NCBI RefSeq assembly: GCF_009914755.1
Contig: NC_060945.1
DNA length: 64,000 bases
Source of the DNA: the human T2T-CHM13v2.0 reference genome, Homo sapiens
Reading direction: 5' to 3' (one strand)
Numbering within the stretch: the stretch's first letter is position 1; the number at the start of each line of letters is the position of its first letter. Below the pieces are notes generated by a model that was given only the letters and a program-made list of their open reading frames with translations, did not search any database and was not told the origin of the DNA. A program made the translations under genes and the position numbers. Shown here one piece after another: positions 51,920 through 64,000 of the stretch.

Positions 51920-52953
51920 TTTTTAATTTTTATTTAAATAAATATTATATTTAATTAATTATACATATAATTATTTATATAATTATATTTATATTTACAT
52001 ATTTATATATTATATATTTATTTATATTTATATATTTATAATATATATTTATATTTATATATTTATATATAATATATATTTATATATAATATATATTTAT
52101 ATATCGTATATACTTATATATAATATATATTTATATATGTATATATTTATATATAATATATATTTATATATGTATATATTTATATATAATATATATTTAT
52201 ATATGTATATATTTATATATAATATATATTTATATATAATATATATTTATATTTATATATATGTTATATATTTATAATATATATATTTATGTTATATATT
52301 TATATATATATTTATGTTATATATATTATATGTATACATTATAATATATTATATGTATACATTATAATATATGTAAATATTATATATATTACATGTATAT
52401 ATTATATATAATATATTACATGTAGATATTATATATATTACATGTAGATATTATAATATATTACATGTAGATATTATATATTATATATTACATGTAGATA
52501 TTATATATTATATATTACATGTAGATATTATATATTATATATTACATGTAGATATTATATATTATATATGTAGATATTATATATTATATATTTATATGTA
52601 GATATTTATATATTATATATATTTATATGTAGATATTTATATATTATATATTTATATGTAGATATTTATATATTATATATTTATATGTATATATTTATAT
52701 GTATATATTTATATATTATATACATTTATATGTATATATTTATATATTATATATATTTATATGTATATATTTATATATTATATATATTTATATGTATATA
52801 CTTATATATTATATATATTTATATATTATATATTTATATATAACATATTTATATAATTATATATAATACACATTTATTTATATTATATATTTATATAATA
52901 TATAAATTATATTTATATATCATGTTATATTTATCATAAATAATATTTATTAT
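51920..52953. repeat. ~1 kb AT-rich (TA-derived) compound minisatellite/VNTR
   Basis: Nearly pure A/T with higher-order units of 33, 27 and ~29 bp. Confidence 0.97.
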
Positions 52954-53000
52954 TTCCCAAGTTAGAAATAAAAAAGAGAGGAGTAATAAAAGAAATATGA

Positions 53001-53300
53001 GGTCCAGGCAAGGTGGCTCACTCCTGTAATCCTAGCACTTTGGAGGGTGGAGTTGGGAGGATTGCTTGAGGCCAGGAGTTCAAGACCAGCCTGGGAAACA
53101 AGGCAGGACCCTGTCTCTACAGAAAACTTTAAAAATTAGCCTGCATGGTACCATGCAACTGAAGTCTCAGCTACTTGAGAGGCTGAGGCGGGGGGATCAC
53201 TTGAGCCCAGGGGTTTGAGGCTGCAGTGAGCAATGACCATACCACTATACTCCAGCCCAGGAGACAGAGCAAGACCCTCTCTAAAAAGAAAAAATAAAGA
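53001..53300 (+). mobile_element. Alu (AluJ-like), full length
   Basis: ggaggattgcttgaggccaggagttcaag, gaggctgcagtgagc, gaccctctct; TSD aaagaaatat(g/a)a. Confidence 0.93.
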
Positions 53301-55945
53301 AAGAAATATAAACTTGCTTCTAAGACAATAATATTAACAATGAGCTTTTTAAACAAATATTTTTTAAAATACATCGTTCAGCAAATTCTTTTTTATCAAA
53401 ATTTTTCTACTGAAAGCTAACCTGATATTGTTGCAGAGGTTCTGGAGCTTGGCTCTTTGCCTCCAATTAGGGGTCATTGTACCTTAGTCACCAGTAGGTA
53501 CGGGAATACCAACAGGCCTCTGCCTCAATGCGGTAACATAAAGCAATACAGAAACAATTTTTGGCTTTGCTGCAAATGTGCATAATGGAAAGCAAATATT
53601 ATTAAAAAGAGAATCATTTTTAGTGATTAAAACAATCCAAGGCAGAAAAAATTTCTCCCATAAGTTTCTAAGTTCTCATTTATCATCGTTTTGCCGCAAG
53701 AAGCCAGAGTAATTTTATTTTTCCTGACTTCTATTAAAAAGATCAATACATATGATTCCAAAGAGTCTCGGCTCATGAAAAGATGGAGCAGGCCTGTAAT
53801 CACATATGAAAGTATTGGTTGTCATTAGCAGAAAGATTGATCTGAAAAGACAGCCGGCCCAGAGTGAAAGGACTTAAAAATTTCCATCGGACTGCCCAGC
53901 AACTTTCACCTTCCAGATGATTAAATACAGATAACAGATTACCATATTAGAGGAAAGAATTGGATTGGGGATATTCAGTGGATACCCACTTTAGCAAAGC
54001 AATACCAAATTTTTCAATAATAATTTTGTCTGATGCAAAAAAAAATTAATGCTGCCTGACAGTACAAAGTTATTGTTCAAGGTACATTTAAGTCAAAGTT
54101 GTTGGATGAAATTCTTATAGTTACCTGTGGCTTCAGAGGCTCTAATGAATGCACATGTTCAGTTGACTTTTTAAAACGGAGTTAAGGAACATATTCAGAC
54201 AAATTCCGTGGGCTTATTCCATGAACAGAGCTTCTTTCCACTGTCTTCAGTGAGTTATTGACATGACCCTTGATGATGATTGTACAAAACTCACAAGAAC
54301 TGAACTCACAGCCATGTAAAAGGCTTTCTTCACTCCATAGCTCTTCTTTCCAGAAATCTACTTATGGTTTAGTAAAAATGCTAGCTATAAAACAAGATGG
54401 AATTTTTATGGAACCTTGAAAGGGCGTGGTAAACGTGGAAATTCAGAGTTGTGGTCCAAGGACATTGTAAACTAGAGGTCAGCGTTTTTAATATCTTCAT
54501 CCTTGTCCCACATATGTGCAATATTGACAAACCTCAGGATGATGTTCTCATGCTCCAGAGTTGAGAGAAAAGATGCAGGAGAGGCTGAGACCAGGAGCAA
54601 GAGGGATGCTCTTAACAAAATGTTGGCCTGTACATTTTCAAGACATCTGAATATTTCATCACTCTTCAATCCCTTTACTTACTTAGCTGCCAGCAAATAA
54701 ATACCTGGGATTCTCACAGTATTCAGAACTGTTCATAATTATCAACCAGTGATCATTTGTAATGAACTAAAAGTTGGTATTGGAAAAAGATGCCAACATC
54801 CACTCCCTAGAACAATATTAAGAGTAAGTGTGCATTGCATTTATATTAAGTACCATTGTTTGTAATGGACTTCAAAAGTATTTGAGATATTTTATATAAG
54901 TACAATACTCTATCACGCTTCTACAAATTCCTAAATGCCTTCATTATCTAAGTTTTACACAAAATCCCATTGTCATGGTATCTACCAGACACTTCACTGC
55001 ATAGAAAGCAAAACTGTTTTCCTCCATGTCTAAATGAAACAAAACATAAACACTTGTTTTTATGAAAATACCAGAAAATGTTCATGCTTTTGGAATTTCC
55101 TGTAATAATAGTATCAGGAGTAAATTCCTCTAAATACAGAGGACAGGAATAAGACTAGCCAGAAATTATTTTTAGTTTCCCAAACTTAGTAAATTCTTGC
55201 CCATTTTAAGCTGAAAGGATTATTTTCTTTTCTTGCAACTAAGAAAACTTCTCCATTTTACTAATTCAGTCAATATTTTTAAGATAGCGAGAAATGTAAT
55301 TTTTTCCATGCTTTGTGTAAGATTCTGTGTAAGTATAAATGTGCATGGTCATATTCCAGGCTGGTAATGAAGACACATCTTTTTAAAGCCAATTATCTTT
55401 TTAGGACTATCAAGATAATAATCACTGAAGGGGATTACTGCCTTAAAAGTGGAGCATGATGGCTCTCCAAGACTAGAGAGGGCTATAGTAACTGCCCATC
55501 CTGGACCTAATGAAGGGTTCTCAGAAGGTGACTCTTCAGTCATCAGACACCACAATGGACAGACAGTCTGTGATGTAGCTGTAAGTGCTCAGTGACAAGA
55601 GCATCTGTTGCCAGCTCCCTGTCCCTCCTCTGCCCTGCTCTGTCTTGTGTATGTCTTGAGGGAAGGTCTACGATATGACATCCTGGGTTGACAATGCATC
55701 CCAAGGAAGATGGCATAGCTTGTACAATGTTCCAAGACACGGGGCTCTGATTTGCACTGGGCTGGGTTGATGGCAAGGTGTATAAGTTATATCACATTCC
55801 TGTCCTCTGTGCAGAGTCTGACAAATAAAAAGTGGCTGAGGCACAAACCATGAGCTAAATAGGGCCTCAAGCATTCTACTTTTCCAAACACCATGGAAAT
55901 TATAGTGTTAAAAAAACCAAGAGAGAGGAAAAGCTATAGTGTAGC

Positions 55946-56467
55946 TGTATTACTCATGGATCTCCAGAGAAACAGAACCAATAGAGGTATAGAGAGAAAG
56001 AGATTTAGTATAAGGACTTGGCTCACATAATTATACAGACTGACAAGTCCCAGGAACTGTAGGGTGAGTTGGGAAGCTGGAGACCCAAGAGACCCAATGG
56101 TGCAGTTCCATTCTGGGTCCAAAGGCATGAGAACCAGGTGGGCAGGTGGTGTAAATTCCAGTCCAAAGGTTGGTAGGCTGAAGACCCAGGAAGAACCAAC
56201 ATTTCACTTCAAGTCTGAAGGCAGGAAAAAGCCCATGTTCCAGCTTGAAGGACAGTAGGCAAAAGAAATTCTTTCTTACTTGGGGGAGGTTCAGCCTTTT
56301 CTTCTACTCAGGCTTTTGACTAATTGGATGTGTCCCACTCACATTAGAGAGAGCCATTTGCTTTACTCAGTATACCAATTTAAGTGTTACTCTCATCCAA
56401 AAACACCCTCACAGAAACACTCAGAATAATGTTAACTGAATATCTAGGCATCCCATGGCCCATCACA
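55946..56467 (-). mobile_element. ERVL solo LTR, MLT2-family
   Basis: tgtattac...ctccagagaaacagaaccaatag ... aaaacaccctcacagaaacac...catcaca; TSD gta(g/a)c. Confidence 0.88.
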
Positions 56468-57771
56468 GTAACCACGTCAAATGCTAAGCAAATAGTTTTC
56501 CTTTTGTTTGTCTTAATACAAGTGAAACTTTTGTTTTTTTCCTTTTTTTATTATTCCTTTTGTCCATCTGGTTTAGTATAAACAAATATTTCTTTTGAAC
56601 TTCAACAAATAAGCAATAGATGGCCAGTAAAATTGCACAGAAAACTCTTTTCCCTCCAGCTAAAGCAACTTCAAAATACATTTATTTAATAAAATAAAGA
56701 ATCAATAAAATTTTAATTTTAAGCAGTCAGATTCAATGCCAAGTTGTCCTGGAAAGAAATTTGATAGGAATGCATGCTCCTTCTTTTCTTTGTAGCACAT
56801 GTCAGGTTACAATCTGGTGCAAAGAAAGATGTGCAGCTGCAAAACTAGTGTCCCAGATCTAGCCATAATGATGTAACCTTGGGAAAGATTTTGCTCTCAA
56901 ATAACTGATAATTTGATAAGGTGGGTAAGACAAACAAAAAAGACAGTAGACTGGTAACTACCTAAGGAAGGTGCAAAGTACTGGGGGAATCAAGAACAGA
57001 AGAGCCCCCATCCAGGTGGACATGAGCTTCACGAACAGTCTTTCAGAGGAAACCACCCTGATTTACAGTAAACTCACCCCTTTCTGGGGTCACACTTGAA
57101 ACAGAATAGCTATACCCACAACCACTCCATCCAGGGACAAGAACTGCGTTCATTCAAACTCATGCCACGTTGTTTTTTCTCTCGGCTCTGCTCAGAGTGA
57201 AGTTCATCGTGCAGCAATGAGAAAAGCCCCCATAAAGTCATTCTGACATAAATATCTATAGACAAGAACTGTCACCATTGTCCTTGCGAACTCGTCTTGA
57301 AGAAGCATTCCAAGATGTGTGCAAGGGGTGTATGCCTGTGTGTGAATGAGGACAAGGAGGTGTGCAGCTCTTCTATGATTCTTGCCTCAGACTAACTAGA
57401 TAGCTTTCCTATCAGTAAATAAGGGCACACTGAGTATTTGCTGTGAACCAGGCTCTATCATGAGGCTGTAAACAAAGAACTCAGATCCTGTCCTCCAGGA
57501 GCTTGGAGTCTAGATGGTCATAGAGCATTAAACAAATAATGACAAGTGCAGACATAAAGTATAGTTACAAGTTTAAAACTAAAGCCTACACAGCTGCCAT
57601 ACAGTGATTCTACCTCTGTTCTATGGTTCTAGGATCCACTGCTGCAAAGAAAAGGATTATTACTCTTGTCCTTGTACTGGGTTGTGTTGCAAACGTCTGC
57701 CTCAGCTCCCTGAAGACAGTCCTGTGGCCTCAGCATGGAGTCCTCACTCAGTCCCTGGGACCACTGTACTA

Positions 57772-57915
57772 AGCAGTGGTTCATAGCCTGTGTGAGCAAA
57801 AGGATCACCTGGGGTACTAGAGGGTAGATACCTGGCCTCACTCTCCCAGAAATTCTGATTCTGTGGATCTATGCTGTATTTGAAAAAGCCACCTGAGTAT
57901 TTGAAAACCCACTTC
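57772..57915. mobile_element. MER5A-like fragment
   Basis: cagtggtt...atcacctgggg...cccagaaattctgattc. Confidence 0.6.
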
Positions 57916-59239
57916 ACATAATAGCAGACAGTATATGAACCACCCCAAGAAACCATGTGAGACCAATGAACTAAAGACCAATGAACTAAAGCCTCCAATT
58001 TTCCTTATCCAGACAAATTAAAAATGTAATTTAATTGATATGCTACATTAGTTTCAGAATATCTCAAAAAACATATATTCACAAAATAGAATACCTTTTC
58101 CTGCCTTCAAAAGACAGTAAGTTGCAAATGATTACATTCTGAAAATAGAGGAATGTTCACAATCCTGATATTTAAACTCTTTGTAATGAGGTTTTTTTTA
58201 GTATATAACTTTAATATGTGCTCCAAATGAATAAAAAGATTATTCATTTATCATTCAGTTTTTTTAAATATTAACTGGTAAATCCCTCTTTTAGGAAGCA
58301 TAAATAAATACCTAAGTGTAAAAAATATGCTAAACCAAATACTAAATACTGCCAACAATTCATAATGGAAATAAAATCAGCTTCAAAATCCAAGCTAAAC
58401 CACAGATTAAACAGAGGGTTTTCATGTGACCTCGAAATCAATTCTTTTGTTTTCTTTTGCCATTTTTAATAACAAACAACTGAATTTTTTTAAAAAACAT
58501 ATTTTCATAAAATTGAATGTTGTTCTTTCACATAACATTGATTCTAAGGCAATGTCATCAATAGTCACAAGTAAAAGAAAAGGAACCTCCAAAGCCATAA
58601 ATTCGATTGGAACTGAGATACCAAGTTTGTGAGTAAAGATCAGCAAATAATTTTTTACAAGATATTAAGACTTGTAAGGCTTAAGATATAAGCCCAGAAT
58701 GATACAAACTTAGACGGACAGGCAGGAAGAGTAGGAACAGGAAAAACGTGTTTCCCAACATGTCATTGAGGGTTATTATTAATTCAGAAAAAGGAAATTT
58801 TGTGTTAAAAATTTCAAAACAATGAACATTAAAACTGCTCAGTTGCAAGGTCAGCACTGAAAATAAATAGAAATGGAATCATTATTTCAATTAGTGAACA
58901 GTTATCATGTAGATGCCCCAGTTCTGATACAGAGATCTATGTTAGAGACACAGGGTAAGTAATACACGCACTCACCACCTAGCCTGCAAAGTGACAGACA
59001 GATGTGCAGTTCATGTTGGGGCAAGATGTCTATTGCACTGGTCCTATGAAGCAGTGATTCAGAAACAGTAAAGAGGGCGTGGTGACTTCTTCCTGGGGAG
59101 TATGATTAGGATGGCCTCACAGAGGTGAGTATGTTGCAGATTTTGGGTTGGGCAAGTCTCTGGGTCAAAGCTTCATTAGCTTGGGGCAGTTGCTTGTTTA
59201 ATTTGCTTGGAGTTCCTTCTTTGGACTTCGTCTTGATTT

Positions 59240-60660
59240 TCATTACAAATTCTTCCTGGGGAGTCCTTCACGTCCATGTGTTCAGCTATCATCCACATGT
59301 TTATGACTCCCAAAACTATGTCCTGAAACAAAAACCTCCTTCCTGTGATTCAAAATCACAGCCAAATTGCCTTCTGGATAAACTACAGGCCTCTCAAATT
59401 TGACACTTGTAAATCAAAATTCATTGACTTTTCCCCTATCCCTGCCCTCAACCCAAACCTCTACATCCTCTGTTACTTGCCTTTTCAATGACTCGCACAG
59501 CCCCTCAACTAGTGCCTAAGACAGAAATCATACGTAATCTCAGACTCCTTCCTCTTCTCTCCATATCCCAGCCACCAAGCCTGGCCTCTCCCACTTAAAT
59601 CCCACATTCCTCTTATTCTTCCACAGTTGCAATCATAATTGATGCTCTCAGCCTGGTTTACCTGGTATCTCTGTCTCCAGTCTCATTCCCTTGCAATCCA
59701 CCCTTGGCACTTCTGCCATGATGGACTGTAATTGACAGCTGATGATTTTGTTTCTCTTATTAAAATCCCCCAGTGCTGTCTCAGGATAAATTCTGTACTC
59801 CTCATGAATAAATTCTGCACCTTTCATGAACTGAGGCCTCTCATCCACCATCCTTTTTTCGCACTGCCCCAGGTAGGCACTCAGAGCTCTTCCCATACAA
59901 CACTACTTCCCATGCCTTGGCATACACCGTCTTCTCTCCCTTTCTATCAACAGACCACCTTCTTGGCCAGCCCAACCTCTGCCCAGCTCAGTGACTTCCT
60001 CCTTTGGGGAGCCACCTCTGACATCCCCAGGCTGAGTCAGGTCACCCTCTTTTCCCCCTGCTTCCTGTGGCTGTCACTATTGAACACACCTTCCAGGGTT
60101 GGTAGTACTAGGACTCTTTGTCTGCCTCCTGCAAGCTGACATGTGAAGCTCAAGGGCAGAACTGTGTTCTGTTCATTTTTTTTTTTTTTCTTTTCACTTT
60201 AAGTTCTGGGATACATGTGCAGAACGTGCAGGTTTGTTACGTAGGTATACATGTGCCATGGTGGTTTGCTGCACTCATCAACCCATCGTCTAGGTTTTAA
60301 AGCCTGCAGGCATTAGGTATTCGTCCTAATGCTCTCCCTCCCCTTGCCCCCTACTCCCAACAGGCCCGGTATGTGATGTTCCCCTCCCTGTGAACATGTG
60401 TTCTCATTGTTCAACTCCCACTTATAAGTGAGAACATGCAGTGTTTGGTTTTCTGTTACCATGTTAGTTTGCTGAGAATAATGGCTTCCAACTTCATCCA
60501 TGTCCCTGAAAGGACATGAACTAATTCTTTTTTTATGGCTGCATAGTACTCCATGGTGTATATGTGCCACATTTTCTTTATCCAGCCTGTTCATCTTTAT
60601 AGTCCTTGTGCCTACCACAAAGCTTAACACATAAGAATACTTCAACTGTTTGTGGATTAT
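59240..60660 (+). mobile_element. L2 LINE remnant including its 3' end, interrupted by L1PA
   Basis: gactcccaaaactat, attgccttctggata, ctcagactccttcctc, aagctcaagggcagaactgtg...gtgcctaccaca. Confidence 0.7.
60177..60586 (-). mobile_element. L1PA (about L1PA7/8) 3' fragment
   Basis: ttaagttctgggatacatgtgcagaacgtgcaggtttgttac...; TSD ctgttcat (60169-60176 / 60587-60594). Confidence 0.93.
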
Positions 60661-61099
60661 CTTAATTAAGCAATGCCATTCACTGAATTTCATGATTATT
60701 CCCATTCAAAAGGAATAGTTTTAAAACCTCAGGAAGCATGTGACTATCCAACAAATTATACCCCTCGAAAACAAACTACCAACAGCGAAACTCCACACTT
60801 TCAAGTTATATAACTATCATACAAAAGCAACCGATTAGTATGGAACATTTGGGTCAACCAGTTGTTTTTTTCTACATTGTACCAAACACTTGATTTGGTG
60901 GTGGTGGTGGTTGTTTAAGTGTTGCTTAAACCATTATATTATCTCAGGCTTGCAAGGCAGCTGAGTCAATGGAGCAGTTGTTTAAGTATCATGTGGACTC
61001 AGTGTGCAGCTTTGGCAGATATTACTGAGTTACTGCAACCAATTCTCACCAGTGCTTTTTTGAGCATCTACTTCATAGCAGATGAATCCACAGACCCTA

Positions 61100-61295
61100 C
61101 CTCCATGTTTCTCAGAATCTTAGCCCCTGGACCACCTTTATCCAACTCACCTGAGAGTCTTGCCAGAAATGCAGATTCTGGCACCCTACCCACAATATCC
61201 TAAACCAGAACCTCCAGAGGCAGGGCCTGGCCATGTGCATTTTAAGAAGGTCCATCCTACTGATATAATCCAAACTCAAGTGTGAGTGGCACTGG
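61100..61295. mobile_element. MER5A-like DNA transposon
   Basis: tcacctgagagtcttgccagaaatgcagattctgg...tgtgcattttaa. Confidence 0.7.
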
Positions 61296-61429
61296 TCTAC
61301 TCTTCAGTCAGTCCTACAGAAAGTGTAAAGAAAGGATAAAGAAGTAGGGTGATGAGGGAGTGAGGGGAGCCAAGCAGGAGAGTGACGTGGTAGAACACTG
61401 GAACAGCTACTCACAAAGAGATCCAATAC

Positions 61430-61890
61430 GGTAATGGTATACACAAAAAGAGTTTATTTCTGTTTCACATAAAAGTCTGGTTGTATTTGGTCCTGGGCTT
61501 ATACAGAGGTATCATGGTGTCAAGGACTCAGGATTCTTCTATTTCTTCTATTAGCGCTTTTCTTCTATTAGATCTTCTAATACTTTGTGGTTCTGCCATC
61601 CTTAGGGTCTTTCTCTTAATCTATAAAGTCTAAGAGTTGTTCATTATCACCTCCTCATTTCAACCAGACAGAAGGAAAGGAAGAGGGTCCCTTCCCCTTA
61701 AAAGCACTAGCCAGAAGGTACCCTCGCCATGGCTGTTCATATTCCACAGTTTACCCACCTATCTCCGTCCAACTACAAAGGAGAGGGAGAAATGTACTGG
61801 GGAAAGGAGAAACCCGTGTGCCCAGCTAAAATGTGAGTTCTGTAACAATGGAGGGGAAAGAAAAATAGATAATGGAGTCAACTTGCTGCC
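61430..61890 (-). mobile_element. Old MaLR LTR (MLT1J/K-like)
   Basis: agagtttatttctgtttcacataaaagtc, aactacaaaggagagggagaaatgta, tgtgcccagctaaa; boundaries approximate. Confidence 0.55.
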
Positions 61891-64000
61891 TCTGTCACCT
61901 GAGAGGAGAAGGGGAAGCGGGAGGGGAAGAGTAGGAAGGGGAGGTAAAAGGGAATGAAAAAGAATATAAAATTTACTATTGTCCATTTTTCAAAAGCCCC
62001 TACCCCTGCCCACCCACCGCCACACATCTATTCTAGTCTGCTGTTCCTGATTTTCTAAGCTTCTTTAATCAAGCCTGTTGCATTCACTTTCACTCACACC
62101 CCTCTAGCCTTGGCCTTGGACATTGACTTTGATTGGAAAACAATCTGCTGCCAATTCTTCCAATATTATCAGCATAATGGGCTGCAGGCACAATCTGTTT
62201 CTCAAAGTTCTCTGCTTTATGTTAAAAGTCAGGGGCCCAAGGATGAATTTCAAACAATAGAGTTGCCTTATTTGCGGTTCGAGATGGTTGGTCAGTCAGC
62301 CCTATCCCAGCACTCTTTGTAGGTGAATGATGTGGGCAGTGTTGCAGACCTGTGCTTGATGAACTGAATCTCCACGTGCATAATCACCCTGACTTTCAGG
62401 TGAAAACTGCCCTGGTTTATAGTCTGGTTGCTGGAGAAAGTCTAAAGTGTGAAGGAACAGGTAGCCTCAGTGTTATCCGGACACTCTAGCTACCTTCCTG
62501 TGGAGTAAGGATTCCCATGGCCTCATGCCCAAAGTGCTGACGTCTCAAGAACAACCCCCTCCAGCCTTTCACTGACCTAAGATGAACCATGTGACATTCA
62601 TTCCATGGATCAGACATCAGGTCAGACCTTATTGCTTTTGGACAGCAGCCATTACATGATTTACGGAGCAAAGGATAGGTACAATACAAACCTCAGAGTA
62701 CGTGACAAAGTTAGAGGGTATTTCTAAGCATGAAAATATGCAACATTTCAGGAGTAATGTCATAAAAAGAGGGATCAGACCAACAGATCACTGTCTCCAT
62801 TTAACTGTAATCTCTAAAAATAACTTTAGCTCTCATTTCTGAGTCAGAGAGAAACTTTAGAAGTTACATTCATGCTTTTAGGAGGCAATATGTAACCCAA
62901 CTTCTCCAAAACTAAACTTAAATATAATCTAAGTCAGAATTCAATCCCCCAAGGAGATTTCAGTATAGACTCAGATTCACAAAGCAGAGGAAGAGATAAT
63001 GTGGTTTTATTCCAAAGCGCAGACTTAAACACATGGCAACCCTCATCATTCTCAAAGTTCCCAATTGCTTCATTTGCTCCCAAGAGTCAAGTGGCTTCTA
63101 TAAGAAAATTACATGCGGTCAGAAAATTACAGGAGGCCTGGTTCTTTGGGAGTAATGATCCATTCATTTGATAATTTGCTAAATGCTTACTCTTTCTGCT
63201 CGTCATTTTTTCCTCCTGGTTAGTACATCATGCATATGGTGACAAGAGATAAAGAAATGGACAAGCTCCCAGAAAAAACAGACAAGAAATGGGACCAAAA
63301 AAAGACATAAAATGTCTTTTAAAATAAGCTTAATATTTTGAAAAATGCCTTTTATGAAAAATACCAGTGGAATAATTTAGATGTACCCTTGTAGCCTCAC
63401 AGATGCTGATTTTTCAGATGGTGGTGCCACATACCCCCACCACTGGCATGGATCCCACTGCAAAGGGCCTCTGGGGACATCCAAGCACAACCCTGAATAG
63501 ACATCTGGCCATAGACAAATCCTCCTTGTCTCCAGAGACTTCTACAGGATTCCAACTCTAGTTTTTAAAATGTGAGTATATGAGACACATGGGTCTGTAG
63601 GCTCTGGTTTTAGAGGTGAATCCTTCACATTAATGATTCTGAGATTGATTTTCTCCTTTGTTGGCCCTTCTTGACCATTTTTACCTTCTCAGTGACCACG
63701 TTTCAGTGCTCACTAGGACCTGGACCGGGGGCAGGGTAAACCGAGGTAAGTAGCTCTGTGTTACTGCCTGCTACTATGCCCACGGATGTGTGGTGATGAG
63801 AAGGGTAAAACAAAAAGCCAGAATTCCTTTCCAGGATGAAATAAATGCAAGATAAGCACAGGGAGCTGCTCAGGTGCCTGAGGAAGGTGGCCAACTCCAA
63901 ATGTCCACAAAGTGTCCATGTCAGGTGACCCAAAGGTGCAAAAAACAGGCAGACTGCTTCTGTGCCCAGTAGCAAGAATATCAAGTACGTCAGGTCTTTT

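Noticed and set aside
52380-52800. Regularly spaced repeats that could be mistaken for a CRISPR array
   Set aside because: No unique spacers, eukaryotic context, no cas genes; it is a TA minisatellite

Overview
Primate (almost certainly human; AluY/AluS/AluJ, THE1 and L1PA elements present) non-coding genomic DNA, either intergenic or deep intronic. There is no credible multi-exon protein-coding gene, RNA gene, CpG island or CRISPR array. The ORF track is essentially noise from repeats and low-complexity DNA. The only recognisable gene-derived sequence is a disabled processed RPS20 pseudogene (minus strand, CDS 7510-7869), part of a four-layer nested insertion (L2 > MLT1A > RPS20 retrocopy > L1PB). 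Roughly half of the window is interspersed repeat (about 18 Alu/FLAM elements, several L1 3' fragments, L2, MIR, MaLR/ERV solo LTRs, Tigger2/MER5/MER58), many with readable target-site duplications (TSDs). Repeat subfamily calls are from memory of consensus sequences, and boundaries of old elements without TSDs are approximate. I did not find a new biological system. The items most worth following up are a dense PBX-HOX/MEF2 motif cluster in unique DNA (~21750-21850), a 12-nt microexon-like sequence with upstream UGC motifs (2560-2571), a well-formed 53-nt exon candidate (63693-63745), a ~1 kb layered AT-rich minisatellite (51920-52953), a tailless Alu that still has a TSD (47611-47857), and several near-perfect hairpins that look like short-range template-switch products.
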